Below are positions 1 through 17,618 of a DNA stretch of 64,000 nt, in pieces (position 1 is the stretch's first letter; the number at the start of each line of letters is the position of its first letter). This DNA is from Salpingoeca rosetta (Eukaryota > Protista > Choanoflagellata): assembly GCA_033442325.1 (NCBI GenBank), contig JAWQFM010000002.1, positions 2,252,602 to 2,316,601 on the forward strand, read 5' to 3'. A program made the translations under genes and the position numbers. The notes under the pieces are model-generated. The model ran no database searches. It had not been told where the DNA came from and saw nothing but the letters and a program-made list of their open reading frames with translations.

Positions 1-1018
1 GACCAAGCACCACCCGACCAACGACAACAACAACCGGCCCAGCAACAAGGCCGGGGCCAGGCACAACAGCGAGGCCAGCACAGCAACCACACCTCCACCA
101 CCTCAACAGAGGTCTCGGACGAGGATGGCAGTGACACGCAGTCCCAACACAACAACGGCAGTGCTCTCACGGGCGGCCTGCCCAGCGAGGACACCCAGCT
201 CGACGATGAACGCGACGTGCTGTCGCTGCTCACACGCGCACGCACACGCGCGGATGCCATCGACAGCTCCCCTGCTGCACAGCAACTCAGCACAACCGCT
301 GCGGCACCCACGCCCGCAATGACAGCGGCAGCGGTGGGGACAGCGACACCGGCAACGAAGAAGATGCGTGCTGCTGCTCTGGCACCACACACGCAGCAGC
401 AGCACGCCCTGAACAATGTCGAAAACAGCACGGTGAATACGCACCAAACAAGCATTCCCCGCATCTCGACAATGCCGCCACCTGCCCACACCCACCAGTC
501 CAAGCATGGCCATCATGGCCATCATGGCAGCTGCAATCACCAACCACACCACCCCGTGCTTGTGGTGGTTACACCGCAGTCACACGCGCCCTTCACCGGC
601 GTGCGCACGCCTCACAAGGCAGCAATGCGTCTGCCAATGGGCACACGATCACTCCTCCGCTCACATCTCTCCGCAGTGCCGCTGTCTCGGCGCCAGTGCC
701 CGCCCTCGCCCCGCACAGTGCCGTCCACGCCACCAACACCGTCGTCCCCTCAAGCACCCCACCCTTCAACCAAATCCCAGCAGCAGCAACAGATGGATGC
801 GAGCACGACCTCTAGTGGGGTAGCGGGACCCCGTGAGCAGGGCACTCGCAAGGACACGCGTCGAACACAGACGGCATCCCATGAGCAGCAGAAGCAGAAG
901 CAGCAGAAGCAGAAGAACAGTCTGCCCCAGCCACAACCAGAAACCACAGCACCTACCTTACGCGTACCAGCGAGGATGCGCTCGCCAGCCCAAGTGACCG
1001 CATCACCGACTGTGTCTC

Positions 1019-1095
<77 letters not shown>

Positions 1096-2069
1096 CCCCA
1101 GTCGGCCACTTCTAAACAAGAGGACGTACGCTCGCCAACACCAGCGCCAGCACCACCTGTGCAAGTTCGCTCCCCGATGGATCTCTTGTTTGAGGCCATC
1201 AAGCAGCAAGGCGATGACGATGACGATGATGGTGACGACGACAACGGCGAAGATGATGGTAGCGGTCGTCAGCGACGAGGTGGTTTGCACAGCAGACGGC
1301 GGAAGCTCGGCCCAGAGTTTGCGCAAGAGGTGAAGGCGAAGGAGGAGGTGGACGAAGAAAACGTGAGGAATGAACTGGATCGCGGTGGAAGAAGGACAGC
1401 CCAGCCATCAGCGGTAAGGGGCTTGGGCCACAGAATTGCACCCCGCGGTGGGGGCGGTGCGATGGCGCCCTTGCAGATGGACGCAGCGGCAGACGACGGT
1501 GACGTGACGACCGGGGATGAAAGCTGGACAGACCATGGCGGCGGATACACGAGCAGCCAAGACGTGGGCAGCATGCTCAGCCACGACGCACACGCATCTG
1601 CGCTCTCCCGCACCTCTACCGTGACATCACCGACTCCGTCAGCAGACAACACCGCACACGCCCAGCACGGCCGCTCGGGCAACAGCAGGCGGCGGTCCCG
1701 GCGGCGTATGGGCGAGCTGCCCCAGGACCAGCAGCAGAGGATGCGTGAATTAAACCGCAAGGCGGCACAGCGGCACCGGCAGCTGCTGCGGAAGCGAAAA
1801 CAGGGCATGCAGCATTGCATGCAGGCTGTTGCCCAGCGCAATGCAGAGCTGAAGGTGCAAGCGCGCATGCTTGCGTCGGAGCTGAAACGGCAATTTGCGC
1901 TGCTGTGTCACCTCAACTCCACGGGCCAGCTACGAACGGGCCTGAAGCGGGCAGCGAAGATCCGCGAGAGGAGGAGGAGGCAGCAGCAGTCGGCCGCTAG
2001 CGATGGCGAGCGGGAGGGCGGGGGTGATGGGGATGTGAAGGATGTGGAGCGGCTGGACGATGCTGGTAG

Positions 2070-2164
<95 letters not shown>

Positions 2165-3501
2165 CGAAAAGTGAGCCGCCAAAGGCCAAGACGGGGCGGC
2201 GGAAGCGGAAAGCGAGCGCAACGCCGGCACAGGAGCAGGCGCAGCAACGCGAGGGACACAGCGGGGGAAGACAGGGACAGACGACTGAAGCACGTGACGC
2301 AGGCAGTGGCGTGGGAGATGTTGATGGTGGTCGTGGTGGTCGTGGTGGTCGTGGTGTCAATCGGGTAGAACGGGGAGCAGAAGGAAAAGCCGGTGGTGAC
2401 ATGGTCACTGCCAAAGAAGCGAGCTCACTCGCCCAAGGAGAAAGGCAGATTGAGAAGAAGACGGAGAAGAAGGCAAACGCGAACGAAGAAGTTGAGGAAA
2501 AGAACCGAAAGGAGGGCAAGGGGCGGGCTGCACACCGACAGCACGACGAGAGCCCGCGTCGGCGCAGAGGCAAGGCGGCAGGACCTTCGTCAGCAGCGAC
2601 ACACACGCGTCGCCACCGCCACGCATCGCCACAGGCGGAGCGGAGCATGGCGCGAACACTGGCATGGGTCCAACAGCAAGCACAGCAGCAGCAGCAGCAG
2701 GAAAATGAGCGGCAAGAGCAGATGGCGCGGGGCGGTGATAACACGGGCATAACGTTTGCCTCAACACCGACCGGTTGGCCGATGGGCGCTTTTCAAGGCT
2801 TGCCTGCAGTAGCAACGACAACGCCACCAACAGCAACAGCAACGACGGGGTTAACAATAACACCGACAACGGCAGCACTGACGAGCGCATCAGCACCAGT
2901 GACACCGTTTGCCACGTACGCGCCCACGATGGCCATGGTGGGCTCTTCCCCTTCGCTGCCGTCTGCGTCGTTTCTTCCTGGCGGAGCGCTGGCAATGCCA
3001 TACGTTCTTCCCACATATGCAGGCGGATATGACCCCACGGCGATGCCAGTGCCGCCATACTTGTACGCGTACCAGCTGCCGCTGCAGAACGCCATGCTCA
3101 TGCAGCCCACACCCGAGACACAGCAGGGCCAGCAGATGCAGACACCGCCAGGGCCCGCTCCACCAGCAACACCCCAGTCCTCGACAGCAGGGATTGCGGC
3201 TGGCAGTAGCAGTACCACGGCACCGCCACCGTTCATGTTCATGCCTGCAGGCAGCTTCACGCCAAGCACAACTGCGGCCATGAACCCTCTGGCATATGTT
3301 CCGTTCCAAGTGTCCACCGCACTTGGCCTTCCGATGCCATCACACTCATCGCTGTTCTCGCCTGCAACGACACTGGCGCCTGCTCCTACTACAACAACAG
3401 CCACCACCGCCACAGCCATATCGGCGACCCCGCGGCCCTGTGACGGTGTACCACCAACGACGTTCCCATCCAGCCAGCCCTCGCAGCCCCCACCGTCGTG
3501 A
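1..3501 (+). CDS. bZIP transcription factor, low-complexity (Q/D/P-rich), 5'-truncated at the window edge
   Basis: Frame is open from base 1 to TGA at 3501. Basic region RELNRKAAQRHRQLLRKRK (N-x7-R) is followed by a heptad repeat MQHCMQAVAQRNAELKVQARMLASEL at about 1740-1900. Contains polyQ and polyD tracts. Confidence 0.8.
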
Positions 3502-3741
3502 GAAGCAGTGAGGCCTGCCTCCCACGGGGTATTAGTCTTTGCATCATCCGTGTGGTGTTAGGGTAGTAGGGTGTTTGAATTTACTCTACCCGGCACGCCC
3601 ACGCGGCCCAGACATGATTAACGGGCATTGAGACTTGTGACTTGAATGTACATACGTTTGCATAGCGCTTGGCACCTTGCCCTTATTCGCCGCCGCTTTG
3701 TTCATACATACTTCACCAACCAAGCTACATGTGCTGTGCGG

Positions 3742-3782
<41 letters not shown>

Positions 3783-4618
3783 GCTGTTGTTGTCTCAGTT
3801 GTTGTTGTTGTCTCAGTTGTTGTTGTTGGTCTGTTTGTCGCTTACTTGCTTGCTTGCATCAACGTGCTCAGGCTCCCAGAAAGACTCTGTTGTCATCCCT
3901 CAAGCCCTCAACTTGTTCAATCTGTGTGTGTGTGTGTGTGTGTGTGTCAGGGCTCATTCTTGTACTGATGTACGCTGGCTGGTGAAAGAGACTAGAGGCT
4001 TCTCCACTCCACAGCTTGCACGCGTGTCACTTCTTCACTTGCTTGCCACCTTTTTTCGTGCAACTCACTCACGTCACGCACATGCTTGCTTGCTTGCCTG
4101 AATGAATGAGCACATGGTTCTCTTAACCTCCCTGTGTTCTGTTCTGCTGAAGAGAGGTCTTCATTTGTCATTGAACCTTTGAACATTTTGTCCTAAGGTC
4201 CAAACGTGGACTTTCCCACTTTCCAGCCTTGTCCTTCCCTTTCCCCCAGTCCTACTGTGTGACGAACGAGTTTGTGTGTGTGTGTGTGTGTATGTGGTAT
4301 GGAAGAAAGCGCATTTGCAAACAATGGGGGAAGTGGACGTGTGCTGACGCTGGTGCTCGGCACTTGTAGGCTTGTGCATGGCTTGTGCCCCGTAGGTTGC
4401 CATGTTCTTTCGTTGGCACGGATGCAGGGTGGAGTGCGAACGCGTTTTGCTTTCGTCGTGGTGTGGTGTGGTGCGGGTTTGGCGAAATTGCACACAATAG
4501 ACCCATGCCGCTCGCGATGAGTCATTCACTCTCCAGCCACACGACAACGACACACAACCACAAGAGGCAAGAAGCAGGCACGCTCAACAGAAGCACAGCC
4601 AAAGCGGGATCGGGGAAG

Positions 4619-5080
4619 ATGAGCGCACCACCACCGCCCTCGTACGAAAGCGCAGTGGCATCTGCGCCACCACCACAGCAGCCAGTGCAACCACCGACTG
4701 TGCCGCAGGCACAATACCCCCCACCTGCTGCACAACAACAACAACAGCAACAACAACACCAACAACCGCAGTACATGCCTGGCCCTGTGCCACCTCCAAA
4801 CCCGCCTTCGTACAGTCAGTCGACAGCGGGCTTCTCCACCACGCCGCCGCACAGTGGCGCTGTGATCACATCCCACTATCCACCGGCACCCTCGCAGGCA
4901 GGCCCTTACACGAGCCGTGCGCCGCGCGGATACCAGCGACTGCCTTCGCAATATCCGCCTGCAGGCGCCGTCATTGTCCGCACAGACTACGCGAGGCGGA
5001 GACGAGCCATCATTCGCTTCACATGTTTCTTCATCTTCCTCATCGCCCTCTTCTTCATCATCTACTACAACATTGTCTGA
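4619..5080 (+). CDS. Small proline-rich protein with two PPxY motifs and a C-terminal transmembrane helix (tail-anchored)
   Basis: Starts MSAPPPPSYESA, second motif NPPSY, ends RRRRAIIRFTCFFIFLIALFFIIYYNIV*. Single exon, 153 aa. Confidence 0.7.
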   Translation: MSAPPPPSYESAVASAPPPQQPVQPPTVPQAQYPPPAAQQQQQQQQHQQPQYMPGPVPPPNPPSYSQSTAGFSTTPPHSGAVITSHYPPAPSQAGPYTSRAPRGYQRLPSQYPPAGAVIVRTDYARRRRAIIRFTCFFIFLIALFFIIYYNIV

Positions 5081-5464
5081 GTTGCGGGGGATAGAGAGAG
5101 TGTGTGTGTGTGAGTGTGTGTGTATATGTGTATGTGTATATGTGTATGTGTATGTGTATGTGTGTGGTTTCATGGGCGAGACGTTCAGAACATATCTTCT
5201 AGTGTGGTGGTGTGATGCGAGTTACAACATTTGTGCAGAAACTGCTTGCTACTGGGCGATGGAGCTGAAGCGTTAGATCCGGATGGACTGTTTGGTAGCC
5301 ACGTGCCTTGCCTGTTTGACATGAGGGGAAGCAGCACCTTGCCCGCCCACTTATGAGTGTTGTTCTTCATTTCATATTCCTCCTCTCCCGCATTATGTGC
5401 GAGAGGTCGTTGCTTTCTTCCAATCAACAAACATTCATTCATTCATTCGCATAAACGGACCCAT

Positions 5465-8416
<2,952 letters not shown>

Positions 8417-8527
8417 CGATTCGTTGCTTCTGGGAGGTGTTGTCAGCGTCGTTTATGATTGGAGTAAGCCCCTGCCCTCTTTCGTGTTTTGCCCCCCCCC
8501 CCCTCAACACACACACACACACACGTG

Positions 8528-10218
8528 TCACTGGCCCCACGTCTCTGCTGTCTCCAGGTACTTTGCTTCCTCCGCCGTTGTCTCACGGCCCAGGGCCTTG
8601 TTCCGATGCGGATATCGTCCAAACTGCTCCAGCACCTGCACAGTGTGTGTGTGTGTGTGTGTGTGTTGGGGGATGAGAGGCTTAACAACACCTCGTTCAT
8701 CTCCTTCAAACGAATGCATAAGCACCACGCACGCACGCATGCCTGCAAGCAAACACAGCCACAAGCAGCCACAAACGTGCACGCATACCTTTGTGTGGGA
8801 TTGAAGATAGCCGTATGCTGCGTCAATAAGCTTCACGGCCCCCTGGCCTTCGTCGCCATAGCTTTCTGCCTCCTCCTTCATCTGCTGCAGCTCAGCTGCC
8901 ATGCGCTCGTGGTGGGCGAGGTCCTCGCTGTGCTCCAGAGGCATCAGCGCAAACATGCGCTCAACAGGCCGCAGCTCACGCATCCGCCCATCATCTGTGC
9001 AACAGCACAACCACGGAGAGTGTCGGTGAACGACAGTGGGTGAGGGGTGAGAGAGAGTGTGTGTGTGTGTGTGCGTGTGTGTGTGTGATTAACAAAGTGA
9101 AGAAGAGGCAAGGAAGGAAGAAGGAAGACGAAGGGCAGAGCATATGTAGCACATGTGTATCATGGTGGGGGAAGGGGGGGGTTCTGTGCTCTGTTGAAAG
9201 CAAACGCACGTGAACACACACACTCTCTCACTCTCTCTCTCACACATACACACACAGAGCACACTCTCTCACTCTCACTCCCTCTCTCACTCTCTCTCAC
9301 ACAGAGCACACTCTCTCACTCTCACTCCCTCCCTCACTCACTCACTCACACTCACACGCACCAAGGAGTTGTAGCGTCGTGTTCAGAGCCAAGCTGTCGT
9401 AGGAAAAGCACTTTGCGGAACCGCGAAAGATGTTGCGGGTAAACTGGTCGGTGAGCAGGATGAGGGCAAGTGACGCGCGCGGGTTCTCGCACGCAACCCA
9501 GCTGTCATATGCCTTGTTGTCGTCGTCCAGCTTGGCCAGATCCCCAGCAAATTCAGACCGGATTTGCTGCATCGCACAGAGCACATGTGATACGTGCCAA
9601 TGTGTTGTGTACAGCATGAATTGTGGGTGCGAATGTATTTTTTGTGAGCGTGTGAGTAACGGTCAAAGCACCCATCCGCTTCGATGCATCAAACAAGCAC
9701 ACACGCACGGACACACACACGCACGGACACGCACACACACACGCACCACACGCACCACACACACACACACTAACATACACACACCTGCACACACACACGC
9801 ACCACAGACGCTGGTGACACAGCTGTGGACCAACCTCGTCCACTTCTTTGCCGCCAGCAAACCACAGCTTCATTTGGTGCGGAAGAGAAGCAAGGTACGC
9901 TGTCCTGGCCACGACCTCCTATTAAGCAGTGACAACAATGGCGTTGAGCACTGGGACACGTGGTTGGACTTGAACACGATGAGGCGCAAGGCACCACAAG
10001 CCACAAGCTGTGATGAAAAGAAGAAGATCACACTTCATCTTGCACAACCAACCAAGCAACGAGCACGAACGTCACGCCATGCTCAATCAGAGTCTCACCG
10101 TGGTCGACGGTGACGCTGGCCAGTGTGGGTCCTGCCCAAACCAGAAGGTGAGGATGGCGCTTGCTCGCGCAGGTAGTGCTTGTCCAGCAGCCGTCGCTCG
10201 TGCGAGGAACGATGCCAT
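8528..10218 (-). CDS. DUF924 family protein, multi-exon
   Basis: Motifs ILTFWFG, LWFAGGKEVDEQIRSEF, LALILLTDQFTRNIFRGS, ERMFALMPLEHSED and FGRYPHRNKALGRETTAEE. Confidence 0.85.
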
Positions 10219-10435
10219 GGTGATGGCGACGATGAGGGAGGCGACACTTGCGCGGTGGTCGATGATGGTGATGGTGATGGTCTGCACTGCTTCCGCTGCC
10301 CTTGTTTGGGTTTGAAAGCTAATTGAAGATATTGCGAATCCTCCCTTTCTGCAGCCAGTATTTTTTTTTCTTGCCAACCACCAGCGCCAGACAACAAGCA
10401 CCACCAACCACCACCACCAGCCAACAACCAGAACC

Positions 10436-11194
10436 ATGGTGCGTGTGCATGCCGTGTGCGTGTATGCTTGTGTGTGCATGCTTGTGTACGTGTGCGTGTG
10501 CGTGTGCGTGTGTGCGTATATGTGTGCTTATATGTGTGTGCGCTCTTCTGTTGCCTCACGAAACCGTGGAAAACGCTGTGGTGTGTGTGCAGAGCGCCGA
10601 AGTTGAGGAGACACTCAAGCGCATCTCCGGCCACAAGGGCGTCGAAGGCATTGTGATTCTCAACAAAGAAGGTTCGTGAGTGTGTGTGTGTGGGGAGAGG
10701 GAGGGAGTGTGCGTTCGATGTTGTGTGTGCGTGTGTGTATTTACGAGGGGCATGGGTTGTGTGCGCGCCCACATTACCACCGCCTGACGTTTCCTTGAAC
10801 ATGCTTTGCCTTGCGCAGGCATTGCCATCAAGTCCACGTTGGATCAGACAGCCACAACACAGTATGCAGGCCTCATTTCCTCGATTGCTGCACAGGCGAG
10901 CCACGTCGTGCGGGAGCTTGACCCACAGGTGTGTTGTTTCGCATGCGCACTATTGCTGCTGCTGCGCTCATGCATGTCGCGTGCTAGCGATGTGGGTGGA
11001 TGTATGTGTGCGTGATTGCGTGTGCGTGTACTTTCGTGTGTATGTGTGTACTTTCGTGCATGCGTGCCCTTCAGTTTCATCTTAGTCATTGCGCCAGCTG
11101 ACACCTTCCACTTGTGGCTCCCCTTTTGCATACTATAGGATGGATTGACGTTCCTCAGACTGCGATCAAAGAAACACGAGATCATGGTGGCACC

Positions 11195-11245
<51 letters not shown>

Positions 11246-11474
11246 TGCGAGCGAACTTTGTGTGCGTGGGTTTACGTGTGTGTGGTGCACCTGCATACTC
11301 AGTGCTGATGCATTCAAAGGCCCGTTGGGGCGTTCGTTCCCACGCGTGCATGAACCCCTTGGTTTTGTTGCACCCGTTTCCAACTCACACACCCCTTGTG
11401 CGTGTACTGTGGCACTGCGTTCAACAGACAACGATTATCTGCTCGTCGTCATCCAAAACCCAACTGACGCCTAA
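10436..11474 (+). CDS. DYNLRB: Dynein light chain roadblock-type (LC7), 5 exons
   Basis: ATG-only first exon, then AEVEETLKRISGHKGVEGIVILNKEG / IAIKSTLDQTATTQYAGLISSIAAQASHVVRELDPQ / DGLTFLRLRSKKHEIMVAP / DNDYLLVVIQNPTDA*. Confidence 0.92.
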
Positions 11475-11909
11475 GCTCAAGCTCCCCTTCATCTCCACAC
11501 TTCCTCATCCTCGTTGTTCTGCGCTTGCTTCTTTCCTTGATATGTGTGTGCATGCTGCATGCTGAACGGTTGATGTCCTGCTGTGCAATCGTGAGTCTTG
11601 TGACTTGGTGTGTGTGTGTGTGTGTCTGCCTGCCTGTCTGTTCATCTGTGCTGCGTTGCTTTTTTTTTTGGTTACAGTTACGACACATGCCTGTGTGTGA
11701 TGGCCATGTGCATGTGTGACTTGTTGGTGGTAATGTTGTCGCAGCTTGTTGTGTAATAGACGCTCCCCGACACACCTCGTCATCGCTGCCAAGTTTTGTG
11801 TATGTACATGTGTGTGTGCATGTGTGCGTGGATGCGTGCATGCGTGCGCGTGTGTGCGTGTGTGTGTGTGTGTGCGAAGTGAGTGTGTGTGTGTGTGTGT
11901 GTGTGCGAA

Positions 11910-11991
<82 letters not shown>

Positions 11992-12109
11992 AACCCCCTC
12001 TGATCGTTACGTGTGGAAATGTAGCCTCTGATTCGTTGTGCTGGTGATACCCGGATCAGCAAGCACGCTCGTGTGGGGCTGTGTGGTTGGTCGTGTATAG
12101 ATATCCATA

Positions 12110-12211
<102 letters not shown>

Positions 12212-12467
12212 GCGCGCGCACACACACACACACACAGCGCGGAGATTTCGTTCAGTATGTACACACGCATGTCAAGTCGGCATTGGATCAGAAATGAAGG
12301 AAAGGGGCATATGCCCATGCTGGAAGCTCTGGATAGAATGGAAGGAAATCTAGTGAACAGAAGCAAAAAGCAGAAGAGCACAAGCGGTCGTGGGTGGTGT
12401 GCACCCTTGCACTGTGCCTGGTCTGGTGGTCGTAGATGACACTGGCACAGCACATGAGTTGCGTGCT

Positions 12468-13810
12468 TTACTTGCGATCCGTCGTTTGGAACACCATCAG
12501 CATGTGCTTGTCGTCTGCGCACAGGGTGGATGGGATGCAGATGCACACGATGGGGTTAGCGTGCGTTGAATGTGCGTTGAGTGTGCGTGAGGTGAAAAGA
12601 AAGGTGATACGTGCTGTGGAAAGGTGCAGAGGTCATACGTGATCAGGTTGGCTGAAGACGCCACGCCAAACACACAAGCACGGACTTTGACCAGCTGTCA
12701 CCCTTCACACTTTCACACTTCAGCTGTGAACTGCTCAGTGTAGTGTACACACCCTTCTCCCTCGCTCGGGAGCACACAAGGCAAAAAGACCAGTCGACAG
12801 CGCACACACCAGGCGTGATGAGGATCTCGCGCTTCTTCGTGCGGATGCGGAGCACACTCAAGTCGTTCTGGCATGGGGAAGAAAGGTGAGGGGTGATGGG
12901 CACTTTCACACTTTTCACAGTGAGACCATGCACGTCAATGAACGGCCGCCTCACAGGCAGTCACTCTCCAGAAGATCTCGTAGTAGATAGATGAAACATG
13001 ACACTGACAAGGGCGCACGGTAAGGCACACCCAGACTCCCATCACCCAGCACACCGCCTCCACATCGCAGAGCTCAAGGAGGCCCAGCTTCACGCACACT
13101 GGTTTGGGCTCGATACTACTGCCGTACCGTTGGGTCGACTTCGCGCACGACGTGCTTGGCCGTCCTGGTCATCTGTACCCAGTTCTCTGCGCTCTTGAGG
13201 GAGCCTTCCATCGTGGAATGCATCACCATCCCTGTTGCATCGTGGTGCGACGTGACGTGGCAGCAAGCAAGAGCTAATGTGTGAGTGTTGGTGTGCATGC
13301 ATCCAAGGAAGACGCACAACAAGAGGTCTAGCGGTACTCTTGGGATTGGGAGGTGCTGGCTCTTGGAGGTGCGCATCGCTTCATGACAACAAGTGTGTAA
13401 GGACGCACACCCTTACGCACACGCACGCACACTCATACCCTTGTCGCCAACGATAACAACGCCTTCTGTGCCGTCACGCTGGGATATGCGCTCGAGGATG
13501 TCTGCCGTCTCCTTCTGCAGACATGGCGCGTCGCAGAGCAAAGGCAAACAGAGCGCACACCAAGCACGGAAGTGCAGATGAGCCCACCGACAGCGGTAGA
13601 GCACACGCGCAAGTCTACATCTCAACAGTACTGTTGCAAGTGACATCGACGAGAGCCCACAACACGCCGATCGCAGGAGCAGCGCGGTGACAGCATGTCT
13701 ACAGCAAAGGCCAGATAACACACACGCAACAACACAAGGTGTGTTTGACCGAGACAAGGGTACTGCATCACTCCAGCATTCCTGCTGCCGACACGCACCA
13801 CAGCCGACAT
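12468..13810 (-). CDS. Divergent second roadblock/LC7 paralogue, 5 exons (start could be 13831)
   Basis: Exons read MSAV / KETADILERISQRDGTEGVVIVGDKG / MVMHSTMEGSLKSAENWVQMTRTAKHVVREVDPT / NDLSVLRIRTKKREILITP / DDKHMLMVFQTTDRK*. Intron positions match the first copy. Confidence 0.82.
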
Positions 13811-14274
13811 GTCTGCCTTTCCGTTGCTCATCTTTGACGCGCGTGTGTTGCGTATAGCGTGTCTTGTTGTGTCTATGAAGAAGCGAGGAGGTGGGTGGTA
13901 GGGTGGTGTAAGAAGGTCTGTCGCAGTGTTGCAGTGTTGCGAATGTACTTGTTGTGCCGTATTCGTCGTTGCCAACGTGAAAAATCAACTGATATCAAGG
14001 AAAACCTGAGCAAGGTCATGTCACGCGCATGATGTGTGTGTGTGTCAGGGCACCTGGCCGCAAGTTGGTTGGGACAGTGCTCAGTTGCACGTTTTGTCCC
14101 GCAACGCGGTTGCATGTCGATGTGTATGTCTGTGTGTGCATGCGAATGCAACAGGAGAACAGGGGTGGGTCGACTCTCACTTGCGTGATCTGGGTTTAAT
14201 CATTGAGTGGCTGTGGTGTGTTCCAGAGCTTTTCGTGTGCATGTGTGTACAGAGGGGTGGCGGCATCAGCCAAA

Positions 14275-14359
14275 TCATTGTGCGTGGGACTTGATGTTCC
14301 GAGCAAACCACAGGGGGATTGCACTCAACTGTAGGCATGTGCGTGGGTGTGTGAGTGTG

Positions 14360-14429
<70 letters not shown>

Positions 14430-16306
14430 GGTGGGTAAGGGTGGGAGTGAGTGTGTGTGAGTGAGCATAGGGTGAGTGAGCTTTGATGTGTCTCGCACTA
14501 CGAGTACTCGCGCACACACGCACGCACGCACGCACGCACACACGCACACATTACAAACTCTTTATCTTACGATGGCTGTGAAGAAGAAAAACGCCTCATA
14601 GCCCATGTGCTCTGCAAACACGCCGGAGAGGATGCTTGCTGCGCTCTTGCCCACCAACTCCACAGTCGTCAGTGTCGTGTAGAATGTCGCCGTGTTTGGC
14701 GTCCCAGCGACGCCTGGCTGGCTCTGAGGGGCACGCACATGCATGAGTATACGGGCCACACAGCAAGGAAGGAGAACAAAAATTGAAGTGGCAGTGGTGG
14801 CGACGGAAATGATGAGGAGGGTGAGAATGAAGGAAGGACATGCACCCACTACCAACGAAGCAGTACACACTCACAGAGAGGAAGAGGAACAAGCAAGACA
14901 GAGAAGGCACACCCTCACAAACATACGTTCACCCACACACATACATTCACCCACACACATACAGTCACCCACACACATGCATTCACCCACACACATACGT
15001 TCACCCACACACATACATTCATCCCCCCCCACACACACACACCTGCGCCATCATGAGGGTAAAGACTGCGGTGGTGACAACCCCGCCAGTGATGGCTTCG
15101 GTGGCGATGAGAGTCAATATGGGCAGCGGCGAGTCTGCAGAGACGGTGAGAACAGCAGCAAGCGCACGGCCAAGCTGTGCTGCCACACGTAAGACGCCCG
15201 ACACCAGCAGCGTCGTGCGAGCACTGAAACGACCAGAGCAGTAGCCACCTGTAGCACGGCGAAACACAGGTACAGCATGAGACAAGCGGGTGAGGAAGGG
15301 AAGGAAACGGAGGGAGGCAGGAGGAGCCGAGAAGCAAAAAGAGAAAGAAGAGGAGGAAGAAGATACAGACACACACACGCGCGCGCGCACGTACAGACAC
15401 ACACAGGCACACACACACACACAGACACACACACGTACAGACACACACAGACACACACACACGCACGCACGCGCAGACACACACACACACGCGCGCGCAT
15501 ACGCACACACACACACACACCTGCGAGAGAGCCGACGATGGAAAACGCACTACCGATGACGCCGGTCCAGAGACTGACCAGGTCGGCCTCCACCCCTTCG
15601 TCAAGCAGAAACGGCTTGAACATGACATCCGCCATCACCTCGCCGCTCTTGTAGGTGAGCAGCAGCAGCAGCAGCGGACGAACAGCCGGTTGCTTGAACT
15701 GGCGAAGGATCATCCCAAACACCTCCTTCATCTTGTGCACAATGTCCTCCACGTCGTGCGCCACCGCAGGCCGGGCTGCTGCTGACGTGGCAGACGCTGT
15801 GTCGCCCTTGTCAGCGGATGTGGCTGGAGCCGACTCCGTGATGGGCCCTTTGTGCATGAGCAGCAGGGCAGCCAGCCCCATTGTGACGACGGCGATGACA
15901 CCAAAGCACCCGAGCCACGGGTTGTCGGCAAAGTACCACGGCACGAGCCCACCAGCCAGCATCATGCCGGCCTTGAAGCCCACGACTTGTGCGGCGTTGC
16001 CAAAGGCGAGCGACTTCTCGTCCGTGAGCACGTCGATGGCCAGGCCATCTGTGGCAATGTCTTGAACGGATGCCGCCAGGTTCATCACAAAGATGACAAC
16101 CAGCATGTGTGGGATTGACCGCGATGGCAGTACAGTCAGCGCCGCACCACCTAATGTCGGTATGGGAGAGAGAGAGAGAGAGTGTGTGTGTGTGTGTTTG
16201 TGAGTGTGTGTTTGTGAGTGTGTGAGTGAGTGAGTGAGTGAGTGAGTGAGTGTGTGTGTGTGTGTGTTTGTGTGTGTTTGTGTGTGTGTGTGTGTTTGTG
16301 TGTGTT

Positions 16307-16350
<44 letters not shown>

Positions 16351-16799
16351 AGTGAGTGAGTGAGTGAGTGAGTGAGTGAGTGAGTGAGTGAGTGAGTGAG
16401 TGAGTGAGTGAGTGAGTGAGTGTTTGTGTGTCTCCCCGCATTCTCACTACCTCCTCCGTTTCCGCTGTCTCTCTCCCCTTCTCATTCCACAGTCCTCTCC
16501 AGAGACTGACCGATGATGATGAGGCAGGGCACAATCCATGACTTGCGACGGCCGAAGCGAGGCCAGTAGTATGAGTCGACGAGCGGCGCCCATGCCAGCT
16601 TCACCAGCCACGGCAGCGAGAGGATGCCCAGAGACGAAATCGCCGACAGGGACACGCCTTCCTGGCGAAGGAGGATGGGCAACGTCTTCACTTGCATGCC
16701 AAACGGCAAGCCCTGCACAAGATACAACATCAACAACAGCACCAGCTCACCCCACCGCACACCGCCACCGCCAGCACCACCAGCACCACCACCTGCCAT
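14275..16799 (-). CDS. MFS transporter, AmpG/MFSD3/SLC33 family, 5 exons
   Basis: LYLVQGLPFG, LSLPWLVKLAWAPLVD, FGRRKSWIVP, ASVQDIATDGLAID, KPFLLDEG, TTAVFTLMM, FYTTLTTVELVGK; last exon LSAIPLWFARNIKSHAQ*. Confidence 0.88.
14920..15022. repeat. 18-bp minisatellite (CACCCACACACATACATT-like, about 5-6 copies) in an MFS intron
   Basis: Tandem units with period 18 are directly visible. Confidence 0.8.
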
Positions 16800-16999
16800 C
16801 TTGCTTGCTTGCTTGCTTGCTGCTTGCTGCTTGGGTCGTCCTTCTTTCTCTGTCAGAGTGCACGACACACAAAAAAAAACACACAAGAAGCAAGCACACC
16901 ACAACAACAACAAGACGGGCACTCCTTTGTGCATCGAATCAAATTTTTGTTGGCCCACGAACAGCCGCCAAAAGAAGAGAAAAGGGACAGACAAGCACG

Positions 17000-17037
<38 letters not shown>

Positions 17038-17618
17038 AGAGAAAGAGAGACAAGCAGACAGAGACGACAGGGGAAGAGACAAGAGGCAGCGTGAAGGGCA
17101 CGATCAGGTGCAGTCGGCGAGGGTGACAGTCGGCAAATCCAGAGTCCAAGTAGAAACGAAGAAACGAGGAACCAATGTGCATGCGTGGTGTGTCTGTGAG
17201 TAAGTGTGGGTGCAAGCATGTGCATGTGCATGTGCATGTGCATGTGCATGTGCATGTGTGTGTGATCATTGGAGTGAGAGGAGTTGGTGTTGTTGCAAGG
17301 TAGCAAGGTGCTTACCTTCCTCGCCGAGGCGAGGATGGCTCGTTGGTTGGGACGCCAAAAATGGCACCATACCAACTCACCAAAACAAAAAAAGGAGGGG
17401 AAAAAAGTGAGTGTCAGCCGTCCACTTCCGGGACTGACTGGTACCTAAGAGAGAGAAAAAAAAGTGTGAGGGTGTGGGGGGCTTAGTACATGTGCATGTG
17501 ACCGAATGTACATGTGTGTGGTGGTGGGGGGGGTTGTGTGCGTGTGTCTTACCTTAATCAGTGCTGAAAGCACTTTTGGGAGGCCCGCGATGTGTTGCCA
17601 CCACCACCACAGCGGTGG

